Of a DNA stretch of 64,000 bases, positions 12,488-25,135 are shown one piece after another. Numbering within the stretch: position 1 is the stretch's first letter; the number at the start of each line of letters is the position of its first letter. Made by a program: the position numbers and the translations under genes. The notes under the pieces were generated by a model. The model ran no database searches. It worked only from the letters and a program-made list of their open reading frames with translations, and had not been told where the DNA came from. The stretch is from Psammoneis japonica (lineage: Eukaryota): assembly GCA_008632985.1 (NCBI GenBank), contig QPGO01000017.1, forward strand, positions 434,001 through 498,000, written 5' to 3'.

Positions 12488-12918
12488 CTATGCTTTTGTT
12501 TTCGCAGCAGGGGCATTCTCCTTTCTCGCTGCATCTTGTAAAAGCTCTGTGTCAACGTGCTCTGGTGGAATCTGAATATACCGTACAACACTCCCACGTA
12601 CGAAGCAGTTCTGAAGTGCACAAAGCTGTGGGTATTTCTCAGGATTCACTACGTTTACATTCAACAATTTTACGTTCAGGTACTGGTCAACGCTATGAAG
12701 AGTACCCGTTAAAACAACATCGTTCTTAAGTTCAACCGCAATCTCCTTTCCAACCAAGGTCTTGAAAAAAGAATAGAAAATCTGTTTGAAAACGCGAAAG
12801 AATGACACTGTAAGGGCTGGAAGTCACCACGCAGCAACAACTTTCGTTCCGAGACAGATGTTCAGATTCCAAGCATCCGCTTATTGCAATGTTAAAAGGC
12901 CCGTACAGGTCTTACCAT
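12488..12918 (-). CDS. LSM2: U6 snRNA-associated Sm-like protein LSm2
   Basis: FYSFFKTLVGKEIAVELKND...GTLHSVDQYLNVKL...NCFVRGSVVRYI. First coding exon is ATG only (12918-12916), followed by a GTAAG...CAG intron (12915-12782). Confidence 0.95.
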
Positions 12919-15589
12919 TAGATGCGTATCAATTCTCAGAGGCCCTCGTTACTCTTCGTGGTTATCAAGCTGCAGCGTTGTCCTCTCGTCTAACGTCTAA
13001 CGTCGGAAGTACTAATGCGTCCAGCGTCGATTAGTTTTGAGGTGTGAGGTGTGAGCGGCATCAAAATGATTTTTCGCGCGATAAGGCTCTCTACTGGACG
13101 CGAGAAGACGACCTCCTCCGCCAAAGCAAGAAACGCGATGGATTGTGACATTTCGTCTTACAGACCTCCCAGTTGGGAGTGTTCGTCTCCCAAGAAATCA
13201 GCTGATCGAGACGAGGTCAATTCCCCTCCCCCTGGAAACGCAAACAAACAAGGAACGACCCCCCTGCCACATGTTCTTTGAGTCCACGTCTGAGGCAGCT
13301 GCTCGCAAGTCGACAGAGTCAAGTCAAGTGACAAAACAAGGCAGCTCTGGTGTCCGGGAGCAACAACGACTTTGGCACCCCAGAGAACCTGCCTGTCAAA
13401 GCAAAGGACAACCAGGCAACTCTGTCTGATTAAGGAGGACCAGCTGTGCAACCTGCCTTCTTTCCTTTCAAAGATTCTTCTCCATTGTGACATGTTCTTG
13501 AGCCTGGCACCTGGTGACAAAAAGGAGGGTGCGCACACAGGCCCATGCCGCCCCCCATGCTGGCAGAGAACAAGTGCACACATGAGCAAAAAACTCGCTG
13601 TCAACAAGCTCACCAAGGATGCCCTGGTCGATGAAAATCTCCAGGACAATGAACAGACACAATGAAGAAGAAGAAGAAACAAGCCAGTGTGTTGGCGCGT
13701 CCACTCAAGTTAAGAACAGGGCACCAGCAGCCAAAGGCAAGGAAGCTCGAAAGGAAAAAAGAGAAAGGGTGGCTCCTTCTCAAGTTGTCCTTCTCATCTT
13801 CCTCTGCATTCAACGGATCAGCACAGCGCAGTTCTTCCAGCATCTCCATGGGCACACTGCTGTTCTTGGGTGGCAAACTCCAGCACCAGCACCTCAAACA
13901 AAGCAGCACCAAGTTGGCATCCTCATCAGAACAAGAAGGCAGCTGAAAAAAATCTTGTTGGTGGGGATGCCACATGACACCCACAAAATTGTGGGAGCAG
14001 CCAAGTCTCTTGTCATGTGCAACCCCCCCCCCCCCCCCCTTTGTTCACAACTTGCTTGAGTGAGTTTTTGTCCCGCCCTTTCTCTGTGGCAAGAACAATC
14101 CCTCCTCTGCTCTCTTGCAAAAATGTGCCTGACAATGCCACACCTGCGAAAACAATGAAGCAGAAAAAAGGGAGGGTGTCTTGGCCAAACAACCAGGTGG
14201 TGAGTCAGATGGCAAATCAGACAACAATGAGTTGGGAGACAACAGAGAGAGGTGGTGTGAGCTGCACAACAGCAACACACTTGCAACAATGTGGCAGCTG
14301 CACCACAACCAAAGAGCAGCTGCAGCCACATTTCCCCAGGAGGATTGTGACAACAACAACAACTTGACAAAAAGCCTGTGTTCTTGTTGAGGGCCCACTC
14401 ATTGCAAACAAATTGATTTGACAATTAGCCAATCAGCAAAGGAGGAGCCAGACTTGAGGAAATTTGGTCTCAAAGCAGGCAGGTTCTCAACAAGACAAAT
14501 TGTGAATGTTGGCAGTGGTCAACCAAGTCAATGAAACAAGAAACCACAACAACAAACAAAACATTGCTCATTTCTGTGCAATGTTTGCTCTTTCCATGCT
14601 GGCAATGTTTGACATTTGGTGCATGCTCTTGTGCTCTCATTCTGTGCTGTTGCTTTGTTGCTTGCCTTTGTTCCCTTTGTTCTTCAAGCTGCTGTCCCAT
14701 CTTGCAGCCTGTCTTGCATCTCTCAGCATTCTTGGCTGTGCTGGCATTGCATCACACTCCAAACTTTTTGTGTTTCAAATGCAGTCAGTTTTTGCAACAG
14801 CTGGTCATGGTGAGACGTGAAAGCAAAATCTCTGAGAGGAGACAGCAGAGAAGATGTCAGCTTGGCATGTTTTCTTTGGCAAGTGTGGCACAATGCTGCT
14901 GTTTCTACTTGCCGGTGTGCAATGTTGCAGCAGTTTGTTTCTCATCCTTGGCCATTTTTGTCAACTTGTCTGAGCTTCAAGAAACAAAAAATGCAAAAGA
15001 AGGAAAGCATTGTTTTGTTTTTGTTTGCCAAAAGCTGCCTGCTCCCTTGTCACACTTTTGACCACCTGCCTTTCCTGAAGCATTTGTTTGTTGGTTTGTG
15101 CAGAGTTCTGCATGTTGTTGGTGCCTTCCTGCGATGTTGTCATTGTTTGCATGCTGCATTCATGCATCCTGCATTTTTGTGATTTTTTGTGTGGTGGCGA
15201 TGTGCCTTTTTGCCCCAGCCAACAAGCCAGTCAGCCTGGTGATCATTGCCTGTGTGTCATTTTGTAAGTTGTCATTGCAAAAGCTTTTTGTTGCACTCAT
15301 TTGTGAAGTTTCAAATCAGTTGAATTGACTTGAATGAGTCATTTCTTCATTGGCTTTCATTGCCAATGCACTTTGCTTGTGTGTGCACCCCCTCTCCACT
15401 CATTTGGCATCTGGGCATTGAACAGCACCAGTGCTTCAAACAGATGCATCACATCTGTTTTCAAAGAAGATTTGTGTCTCAGTTTTTGTGACCTCAACTG
15501 GCTCTTGTCAAGAATGAAATTTTCACATTTGTGCAGGCCCACTCAGCTTGTTTGCTTGTCTCCGTGTGGGGTGTGCCATTGCAGCAGCT

Positions 15590-17470
15590 GATCTTTGTGG
15601 CTGATCCAGACATGCGCAATGGCACCAACCACCATTCCAACCATTGCAATCTGAGGACACTGCAGCATCTGGCAAACCACAGGCAATGCTTTGAGGGCTG
15701 TTGATTTGGGAGCTGCAAGGTCAGTCTTCTGACGTTGCAGCCATGTTGCTGTGTCTCCAACAGCAGCAGACTTGAACTTCCAAACCCCACAGTGAAAGGA
15801 CCACATGATGGCACCAACCAACCTGGCAAAACTGCAAGCTGAGGGCACTGGAGGTGTCTGGTCAACCCCAGGCAACACTTCAAGAACTGTGGCTGAGCAT
15901 TGGAATGTTGACCTTGTGGTGTTGTGGCCTCACATGTCACCTTGGCCCGCCACTTTGGAAAATTGAACTTCCAAACTCCAGAGTGTGCAAGGAGATCCCA
16001 TGGTGGCACCAACCAGCCTGACAACTGCAAGCTGAGGGCGTTGGAAGTCTCTGGGAGGCCCCAGATGACACTCTGTCAACTGTTGCTGGATGTTGCAAGG
16101 TTGATGTTGCAGTGTCATGGCCCCATGTTGCCTTGTCCCCAATGGCAGCAGACTTGAGCTTCCAAACTCCAGAGTGAACAAGGGGCCCCATGATGGCACC
16201 AACTGACCTCTTGATGGCTGCAAGCTGAGGGCACTGGCAGCATCTGGCAGACCCCAGATGTTTTTCTAAGAACTGTGGTTGGGCATTGCAAGGTCAATCT
16301 TGTGGCAATGTGGCCCCATGTTGCCTTGTCTCCAAGCAACTGCAGCAGCAGGGGGGCAGACTTGCAACTTTTCCAGCTCTAGAGTGCTGCAAGGATCCAA
16401 CCATGTCAATGCCAGCTGACCTGACAGCTGCAGGCTGAGGACACTGACCATGTCCAGTGGAACCCAGGCAACACTCCTGGAACAGTTGTTGAGTGTTGCA
16501 AGGTTGTTGATCCATCTTGTGGTGTTGTGGCCCCATTTCATGTCCCCAACACCAGCAGGGGAGACTTGAGCTTCCAAACTTCAGAGCAAAGCAACTCCAT
16601 GATGGCACCAAAACCAACCTGATGGCAGCAAGCTGAGGACACTGGTGGTGTCTCTGGTGGACCCCAGGCAACACTTTGAGAACTGTGGTTGAGAGTTGCA
16701 AGGTTGACATTGTGATGTTGTGGCCCCATGTCACCTTGTCCCCAACAGCAGCTGACTTGACTTTCCCAGCTGCAAGAGAGTGCAGGGATCCCACAACAGC
16801 ACCAACCAACCCAGCCATTGCCAGCAAAGCACAATGGCTTGTGGCCTCTGGTGCTGGACTCAGGGCAAGATTTCAAGAATGGTTGTTGGGCACTGTGCAA
16901 GGTTGATCCTGCGGTGTTGTGGCTCCACAATGTCACTTGTGCCCAACAGCAGCAGACTTGAACTTCCAAAATCCAGAGTGAAAGGACCCCATGACACCAC
17001 CAGCCAACCTGACAACAGCAAGCTGAGGGCCCTGGCAGTGTCTGGCACACCCCAGGGTGCACTTTGAGAGCTGTGGCTGAGTGTTGCAAGGCTTGTCTTG
17101 TGATGTTGTCACCCCGTGTCACCTTTTGTTCCCCACAGCAGTGGACTTGAGGACTTTCCCAACTCCAAAGTGCAAGGATCTCACAATGGCGCCAACCAAC
17201 TTGACCACAGCCATTGGCAGAGTGCATTTTCAGTCTTTGACAGACCCCAGGTGAACTGTGGTTGGGCACTGCAAGGTTGATCTTGAAGTGTTGTGGCCCC
17301 ATGACATCACATTGTGCCCAACAGCTGTGGACTTGAACCTCCAGTCAAACTCCAGAGTGAATGACTGTGGCCCCATGTCACCTTTTTTTTCAACAGCAGC
17401 AGACCCAATTTTCTAAACTCCAGAGTTGGTTTGGTTGTTGCCAAATGGTGGTGGGTGAAGAGCAAAACTT
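15590..17470. repeat. Diverged tandem repeat, about 195 bp unit, about 10 copies
   Basis: GCAGCAGACTTGARCTTCCAAACTCCAGAGTG, CTGCAAGCTGAGGGCACTGG and GCAAGGTTGATCTTG recur with a period of about 190-200 bp. Confidence 0.9.
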
Positions 17471-18569
17471 CAAGGGGCCATGTGCTGGGAATGCCAGAAG
17501 CACAGAGTTGCCAAACAGCGACAAAATGGCTTGAGGAGGAAAATGGATGATTTTGCAGCAGCATTTTTGAAACAAGTTTCTCTTTGTTGGGGAACCAATG
17601 AAGAGCTGCAACAAACACTCAAGCTGTCCTCTGTTTCATTCAGATCAAAAGTTCAGGCAAGAATGGATCTTGTGGGAGGATCAGCTGGGGTGCAAGAAGT
17701 CAGAAATGTGAGGTCAAGCTTGTTTGTTGATTGCATGCCACACAACTTTTGGAGGCTTGCAGCCTTGTCAAGCTTTCTTTCCAGGCGAGTTGTCAAGAGT
17801 GAGTTTTTGTGGCCAATCTTGTTGACAACACAGTTTTTGCAATGTTGCACCAATCATCTGCTTTGACCTGTTGCACAAAGCTTCAACATGTCAAACAAAG
17901 GCTTCTTTCACCAAAGCCTTGGCTGCAAATGTTGCTCATGCAGTCTGGGTCCTGGAGCTGTGTGCACAGAGAATGCCTGCCCTTCTCTCTGACACGCAAA
18001 TTGGCACTTGGACAAGCATGGCACCCAAACAACCCTCTGCAATCTTTTGCAACAAGAGACAAAACTGGTGCACTTGCAAACCAACAAGGAAGAGCCACAC
18101 AGGCAGTGGGCATGATTTGGTGTTTGCTGGCAGAGAAACCCACTGACACAGCTGAAACAGCCAGAGTGCAATGTGCAAGCATGGAAATAAAATCACAGCC
18201 ATGTCAATCCAGACAACTTGGCACCCAAAAAAGCATTTGCAGCACATTTGTTTTCAATTGACCACTTCAAAGTGGTTTTGAATGAAGCACAGAATTTGAT
18301 TGATGCACTCTGAGATCTCTCTGGGTTGATGTTTGGTTTTGCAAAAACTTGTGATGTGATGACAAGGATGTCAAGTTGGTTGATGAGCACATTTGTGGCA
18401 ACAGAGGAAGCATGAATGATGACAAGGGTGGGGTGACATCATGGCCATTGTGGGGGTGGCTTGACATTGTGAGCTGGGCTCTGCTGGAGTGCAAATTGAC
18501 ACTGGACAGAAGAAAAGGATTCAAGTTTGCAGCTGCACTGTTCATTTGTTAAAAGGGGGCTGGCTCAAT

Positions 18570-19580
18570 GAGAAGTTTGACACTTGAGCCTCCAAACTCC
18601 AGAGTGAAAGGACCCCATGGTGGCATCATGTGGCACCAACCAACCTGACAACTGCAACAAGCTGAGGGCACTGGTGGCATTGGTGGGCCCTCAGCATGTG
18701 ACTTCAAGATCTGCAGCTGAGCATTGCAAAGTTGATCTTGTGTGGTGCAGTGGCCCCATGTCATGTTGTCCCCAACAGCAGCAGACTTGAGCTTCCCAGC
18801 TCCAGATTGCAAGGAACCCATGGTGGGGCCAGCCAACCCAACAAATGCCAGCAGAGGACACTGGTGGTCTTGTCTTTGGTGGACCCCAGGCAACACTTTA
18901 AGAACCATGGTTGGACATTGCAAGGTTGATCTTGTGGCATTGTGGCTCCATGGTGTCACTTTTTCCCCAGCAGCAGCAGACTTGAGTTTCCCAACTCCAA
19001 AATGAAGGGACCACACTGCAGCACCAACCAACCCAAAGACTGGCAGCACCAGTGGTGGACTCAGGCAACACTGCTGTGAGAGCCATGGTTGGGCATTGCA
19101 AGGTTGATCTTGAAGTGTTGTGGCCCAACATCATGTTGTGTCCGCACTGCAGCCTGAGGCCCCCAGCATGACAGTGCCAGCCAACCTGACAACAGCAAGC
19201 TGAGGAGACAGCTGGTGGCATCTGGTGTGCCCCAGGCAACACCCAAAGAACTGTTGTGTGGCCCCATGTCACCTTGTTGCCACAGCAGGCAGTGACTTGC
19301 CATTTCCAACTCCAGAGCACACAAGAATCTCCCATGGTGGCACCAACCAACCTGACAACCACTGGCAGAAGTTGGCAGTCTTTGGTGGACCCCAGGCAAG
19401 ACTTTGAGAGCTGTTGTTGAGCACTGCAGGTTGATCTTCAAGCATTGTGGCCCTGTGTCACATTGTGCCCAACAGCAGCAGGAGCGGACTTGAGCTTCCA
19501 AACTCCTGAGTGAAATGATCCCATGGCAATGCCAACCAACCTTGCAACAGCAAACATGGCGCCATCAACTGCCCCAATTT
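18570..19580. repeat. Second array of the same ~195 bp repeat, about 5 copies, same orientation
   Basis: Same motifs at about 18585, 18780, 18970, 19290 and 19485. Confidence 0.85.
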
Positions 19581-22424
19581 TCAAAGTTGCTTTGTTGCAG
19601 TCACAAGTGCCACGCACTCCTGTCAATGCTGTGGGCTGGTGGCAAATGCATGTTTCATGTGTCCCCAGCTGTGACCCACATGCATCCTGTGCAGCTCATG
19701 ATGTCATGTGTGATGATGCAGCGGCAGTCCATGTGTTTTTGTGCAAGGCAGCATCTGAAATTAACTTGATCATTGCACATCTTGAAGTCACAGTTGCAGC
19801 ATTGCCAGCTCTGTGAACAGCATCTGTGGTGAATCCAGAGTGGGTGGGTGGAAAGACCAGCTTGTTGAGGTGCAAGCATGAGACAGGAGTGCATCTGAGG
19901 AGCCTGGGCACCTGTGACGCCTTCATCATAAGTTGTCACCTTGGGTTGGCTGTGCCAAGAGCCACAAGTTGACTCACCCAGGTGCTCAACAATGCATTTC
20001 CCTGGTGGCTGTGCCACTAAAATCTGTGTCTTCTTGGCTTTGTTGTGGGTGTTTGCTTGATTCAACTGTGTGTGTCAGAATCACAAACTGGTCGTTGCTG
20101 TTGCTGCAGGGGCATTTGGGGCCCCAACTGCACCTGCAAGAACTGTGTTGGCTGCAACTGTGATTGCAACTTTGTTCATCTCTTTTCAAACATTTCATTG
20201 TGTGCGATGATTCCTGGTGCACATTTTCATGCTTGTTGTTGCACTTGCACTCATGATGATTTTTGCACGATCATTGTGGTCATTGTGTCATGGGTGGCAT
20301 TGCTGCGCTGTTTTTGAGCCTCTTTGATGACACACTTTGACATTTTACAGTCAACCACATTGCAGGTGTGTCCAATGTGTGGCTCCTTTTCATTGTGCCA
20401 CTCACACAAACATTTTTGGCAGTGTTTGCCTGGAGAGTCTTCTCAGTTGGTTCTTGCCAAGCAATGTTGCATCTGAGCTGGTCCTGAAGCAGCTCTGGCT
20501 GCCTGGGCCTTTCACTCAGGCTGTTAAGAAAAACAGTGTCCTCATGACATCTTGGTCTCCAGCTTGCAACTGGCTGCACTGCTTGTTTTTGACCACACAA
20601 GGCAAAGCATGTCCACACTGCTTGTCCTTGATGAGCTTGGGATGGTTGTTGAGAGCTTGACCTGAGAGCATCTTGGATCATTTTCAAGAAAATGACTTTT
20701 TGCTTGGCAAGTCAACCCTGGCTCTGGGCGGTCCTTGTCATGTGGGGGTTGCTCTTGTTTTCTGCAGGAATCTCTTTGTTTGCATTGTCAAAGTGCCAGA
20801 TGGCATCACCACACATTGAACTGTGCACCGCCACATTGAAATCTGCCAACCCTGTCTCACAGGTCTTGTTTCCAGTGTGACATGTGATTTGTCTCTTCCT
20901 GGAAACAGCGCCACTCTTTGGGTTTGTTGTTTTCTGTTCTGGCAAAGCACTTGACTTCAGCATGTTCTGTGATGCCTGGATGTTCATGTTCAGGGTCATC
21001 TGGGAGTGCATGAGTGACAAAGTCTGCTTTTCTCAATTGTTTTGTCTTTTTCTTTGAGAGAGTTGAAGTTGGAGAACAACATGAAACACAACTTGGCAGT
21101 GCACTTCCAAGCAACAATTTGCTGATGACCACTGCTGTCAGCATGAATGAGATCAAAATGCCAGAAGTGATGTCACTGTGTGCTGCACAGGCACTGTTTC
21201 TGATTCCATCAGATGTTGCCATTGCTTTGCAAAAGGCAAAATTGCAAGGAGCACTGTCACACACTCATTTGTTGTGATGCTTGGAGTTTGGCTGAGTCAA
21301 AAGATTTTGAGCAAGACTTCAAAGATGTCTTGGATCTTCATCAGCCATTTCTTGCATGGCACGGGCAAGCACAATTGCATTGTCTGTCAAAAGGCGGTTG
21401 GCTCAGTGAGAAATTCATTTTGAAAGAAGAGTCTTTTTGTTGCTGTCAGTCATGTGATGAGAGGAAACACACAGTGGATTGTGACAGGGACAGGGGTGCA
21501 CCATTTTGTCATGCAAACAATGGGCCAGTGGCTGAGTTGTGTGGTGCCCCATGCAACAAAGAGACAACAAGTGCAGCAGAAACACACAAATGCGCACAAT
21601 GGGCAATGATCAAACCAAAGCTCTTCCAAGCAAATGAATCAACTTTGAACAAGATGCCATGCCACAAACAAAACATTGCAAATCAATCACCATCAGCAAA
21701 CCAGCTGTCAACCTCAAATGACAAATCCGGCAATTCCAGATTTTGGTTTGTGGCCAAAAACAAGCCAGCGTCAGAACATTGTTCAGAATCACAGCTGCGG
21801 TGACCACCTTGGTTGATTTTTGAAAAAATGAGACACCTGTCATGGCAAATGCAAACACAGGCAAAATTTTTTTGACTCTTCTGAACAAATCACTTCTTGC
21901 TGCAAACAACAATTTGCAATCTTGCTGTCAACTCTCTGTGCACCCAAATGTTTGATGTGAAACACAAAATGACTGAGCAGTGTGTGCCAGTGAGAGCTGT
22001 TGGACAACAAAAAGACTGGTGGCCAGAAGCTGGCAGTGCTGTTTGCTGGTGTTTTGTTTGTCAGCAAAGAAGCCTGCCCAGAGAGCATCAGTGTCAGGAG
22101 GCACTTGTTGGACCCACCCATGAAAATCAAGTGCTGCAGCAGCATGCTGTTGAGTTGGAGGTCATGCTGCGCACAATTCATTGACAGAGCATCACCAGAA
22201 AAGGAGCTGCAGTTTGCAAAGGGGCTCAACTGACAAAGAAACTGTGCTCAACAATGTGGAACAAGAGCCAGAAAGAGCTCATTTTGACTGCCACTGCCAG
22301 GTTGATTGGGGGTTGGGGGCACAATGGCAAGCATGACTCATGTGTCAAGACGAGTGGGCTGTGTTGCTGTTGTTGTTGACCAAGGACTCTTCCTTGCTTC
22401 CCTTTTCTTGTCTTGAACAAAAAA

Positions 22425-23160
22425 CACCGGCAATGAGAGAAGCAAAACATCATGAACCCACCCACCATTGGACAACCCATTGAATGACATGTGAGACACA
22501 GCAAGAGAAAAAGATCATGTCTGCCTGCTGTCAACAAGGTGTGTGCACTGTGCCTTGAAGAACCAGGCAGAAAGTGATGCAACAAACAAAACACTGAAAG
22601 CAAAAATCATGAGACCATTTTGGGTTTTGGTTGGATGTGGGCAATTGCAAATGACACTCTCTGCAGCACAAGGCAAAATGACTGAGAGATGAGAGCTGTG
22701 CCAAGTGGGCACTCTTCAAAAGGCTCAAAGTCCATTTGATGCTCACATGTTGGTGTGCCACGACAGACACTTGGGTTCAAAAATGGCTGTGGCACCGGCA
22801 ATGAGAGAAGCAAAACATCATGAACCCACCCACCATTGGACAACCCATTGAATGACATGTGAGACACAGCAAGAGAAAAAGATCATGTCTGCCTGCTGTC
22901 AACAAGGTGTGTGCACTGTGCCTTGAAGAACCAGGCAGAAAGTGATGCAACAAACAAAACACTGAAAGCAAAAATCATGAGACCATTTTGGGTTTTGGTT
23001 GGATGTGGGCAATTGCAAATGACACTCTCTGCAGCACAAGGCAAAATGACTGAGAGATGAGAGCTGTGCCAAGTGGGCACTCTTCAAAAGGCTCAAAGTC
23101 CATTTGATGCTCACATGTTGGTGTGCCACGACAGACACTTGGGTTCAAAAATGGCTGTGG
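22425..23160. repeat. Apparently exact 368-bp direct tandem duplication
   Basis: 22425-22792 is repeated at 22793-23160. Identical ORF translations occur at offset 368. Confidence 0.95.
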
Positions 23161-25050
23161 CTGCTCTGCAAGGAAGCAAAGAGTTGTTGTTGGCCATCTG
23201 CATGGGAGTTGACCAGAGACAAAATCAAGCTCACAGAATCTGCAAAGAGAAGTGGCAGTGCAACAAGAAAAAATTCCTTGCCAACTCTCTGCCAGCAGCA
23301 CTGTGTGTGGTGACTGCAGCAAATTCTGCCAAAACAAGTGTGCCAGCTCACTCTGATGCTGTCATCTTCACATGGATCACAGGAAGGTTGCAGGAAAAGA
23401 AGAGAAAAGTGCGGCAACATTGCCATCCTCATGTGGTGCTGCCACCATGGCAAGCTCCAATGTGTTGCACACTGCATGTGCTGAGGCTCCATGAGGAGCA
23501 TCATCTTGTGGGTGGCAGAGAAACATGGGTGCCACCTCCACATGCTGACTGAAGGCAAGCCTCAAAAACTTGGCAACAGCACAAGCAAGGACAAGACCTC
23601 TTTCTTGTCAATTCTTGAGAGAGCTCTTTTGGGACAGATGAAGGGTGCTTTCATGCCAAGGGGGCAAGACCAAGGGAGGAGATCCTGGAGGCTGCCAAAA
23701 GCAAAGAGAAGCCACTCTGCTGGCTGAGTGCAGCACAGGAAAGGTGAGAAATGCATGGGCCAACCAAGGTTGGGCTGGCCCTGGGTTGAAGAGATGATGC
23801 AAGAACTTGGCTGTGCCATGACCGGAGCATAAAAAATGAGAGATAAAAATGGGCAAAAGATTTCTGCAAAGTTGCCACACAGAAGCACCTTTTGCAGTGG
23901 GTGAGCTGAAAAAGAGAAAAGAAGGCAAAGGAGACCAGATTGGTGGGAGAGCATGGTGGTGGCAAAGAAGCAACCAGCTGAGCAGAGGAGGTTCAGACAA
24001 GCAGTTGTTTGTGTCATTTGTGAGGCAACGGCCAGGAGTTGAGCAGCTGCTGTGTCATGAAATGTTTTTTGCTGTGACCTGTGACTCATCAACACATTTG
24101 CTCCAAGCAGAGCCTGCAGCACAGCTGAAAAGACAACAAAAAAAATGTGGAGTGCACATTTGGGGTTTGCCACAAAAAGCTTTTGGGTTGATGCCAATTG
24201 GCCAAATTGGGCGGGTGACAGAATCCTGACTTTTTTAAATCAGAAAATCCATTGGATGATTTGGAAAACCCATTTTTTTTCATTGATTTTCCAAAGTGTG
24301 TGACAACAGTGGTTTTGTGGTGCCAATTTTCCCCCTCCTCAGGGCTCAGCCTTGTGCAATCTTAGAGTGGGAGCACCTCACTGGCACAGCCCCGAGCCAA
24401 AAGGAGTGCACACACGGTGGCTCAGCATGCTCAAGAAGTGGGCCAAGCTCCAACCCAAGATCAAAAAGTTTGAAATCTCAGATTGTGACATTGGGCCAAG
24501 ACCATTGATGCTGATCATCTTTGCCATGAGAGCGAGGCAGAAGAAGCGGGAGAGAAAGTCTCTCTCTCTCACAATGAGCGGATTTTGTTCCCCAGCTCTG
24601 CTCTTTCCTCAGCACTGGCAGCAGCATGGAGAGCCAACACAGTTTCCCTTTTTAACTTCTCACAACAACAAAGGGTCCTTCTGAGCCCGAACATTCTCCA
24701 AAAAGGCTGGGAGAAAGCCAGTCCAGCACCAGTGTTGCAAGTTGCACAACCTGGAGTGCGTGCCCAGGCAGCGCTTGGCTCAAGCGAACTTGGGTTCGCT
24801 GTCTGGAACACATTTCTCTCTGGAGTTCTGCACCCCATCTAAATGAAATTCTGCTAAGGGCACCAGCACTAAGCGGCAATTTTTTTGTTGATTGGTCGTG
24901 TTTCAACTGCTTGTGCCAGTGCAGCTGACGGCAGACCGGCTGACGAAGCAAAAGAATGTGACAAATGACTAAAAACGTGATTAAATACCAAAAAATCGAC
25001 CTCTCCAGTACAGAATGGACGTGGAAATCGTCTACAAATCACACAGAGTT

Positions 25051-25135
25051 AGCCGCTGGTCGTGGGTTCGACCCCCATCTTGAGCACTCCTTGCGGACGC
25101 TCTTGTAACTCAGTGGTCAGAGTGGCGGTCTTATG
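25051..25135 (+). tRNA. Circularly permuted tRNA-Ile(UAU): 3' half 25051-25086, 12-nt spacer, 5' half 25099-25135
   Basis: Joining GCTCTTGTAACTCAGTGGTCAGAGTGGCGGTCTTATG with AGCCGCTGGTCGTGGGTTCGACCCCCATCTTGAGCA gives a 73-nt cloverleaf. D stem ACTC/GAGT, anticodon stem GCGGT/GCCGC with loop CTTATGA, T stem GTGGG/CCCAT with loop TTCGACC. Acceptor GCTCTTG/CTTGAGC has two U-U pairs. Confidence 0.9.

Larger units (their letters stand above)
13300..24950. other. TpA- and CpG-depleted, TpG/CpA-rich degenerate block (decayed repeats and genes)
   Basis: Only about 20 TA dinucleotides found by eye in about 11.5 kb, and few CG. All six frames give Cys/His-rich, nearly Tyr-free ORFs. Confidence 0.9.

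Noticed and set aside
14180..14390. Gag zinc-knuckle remnant (RWCELHNSNT) of an LTR retrotransposon
   Set aside because: Single short motif; no RT, integrase or LTR pair recognised.
15590..19580. WD40 or RCC1 repeat gene (fragments such as SVAWGP and VCCWGQG)
   Set aside because: No frame is kept across units and the motif match is weak. Treated as a satellite, though a coding ancestor is not excluded.
13300..24950. Dozens of overlapping Cys/His-rich ORFs as real small or metal-binding proteins
   Set aside because: Loss of TA removes TAA/TAG stops and Tyr codons, so all six frames open artefactually. The same applies at 47.8-54.3 and 59.3-61 kb.
13300..24950. Classical RIP or plain 5mC deamination as the full explanation
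   Set aside because: RIP increases TpA, and CpG decay does not remove TpA. Here TpA is nearly absent even where CpG persists.
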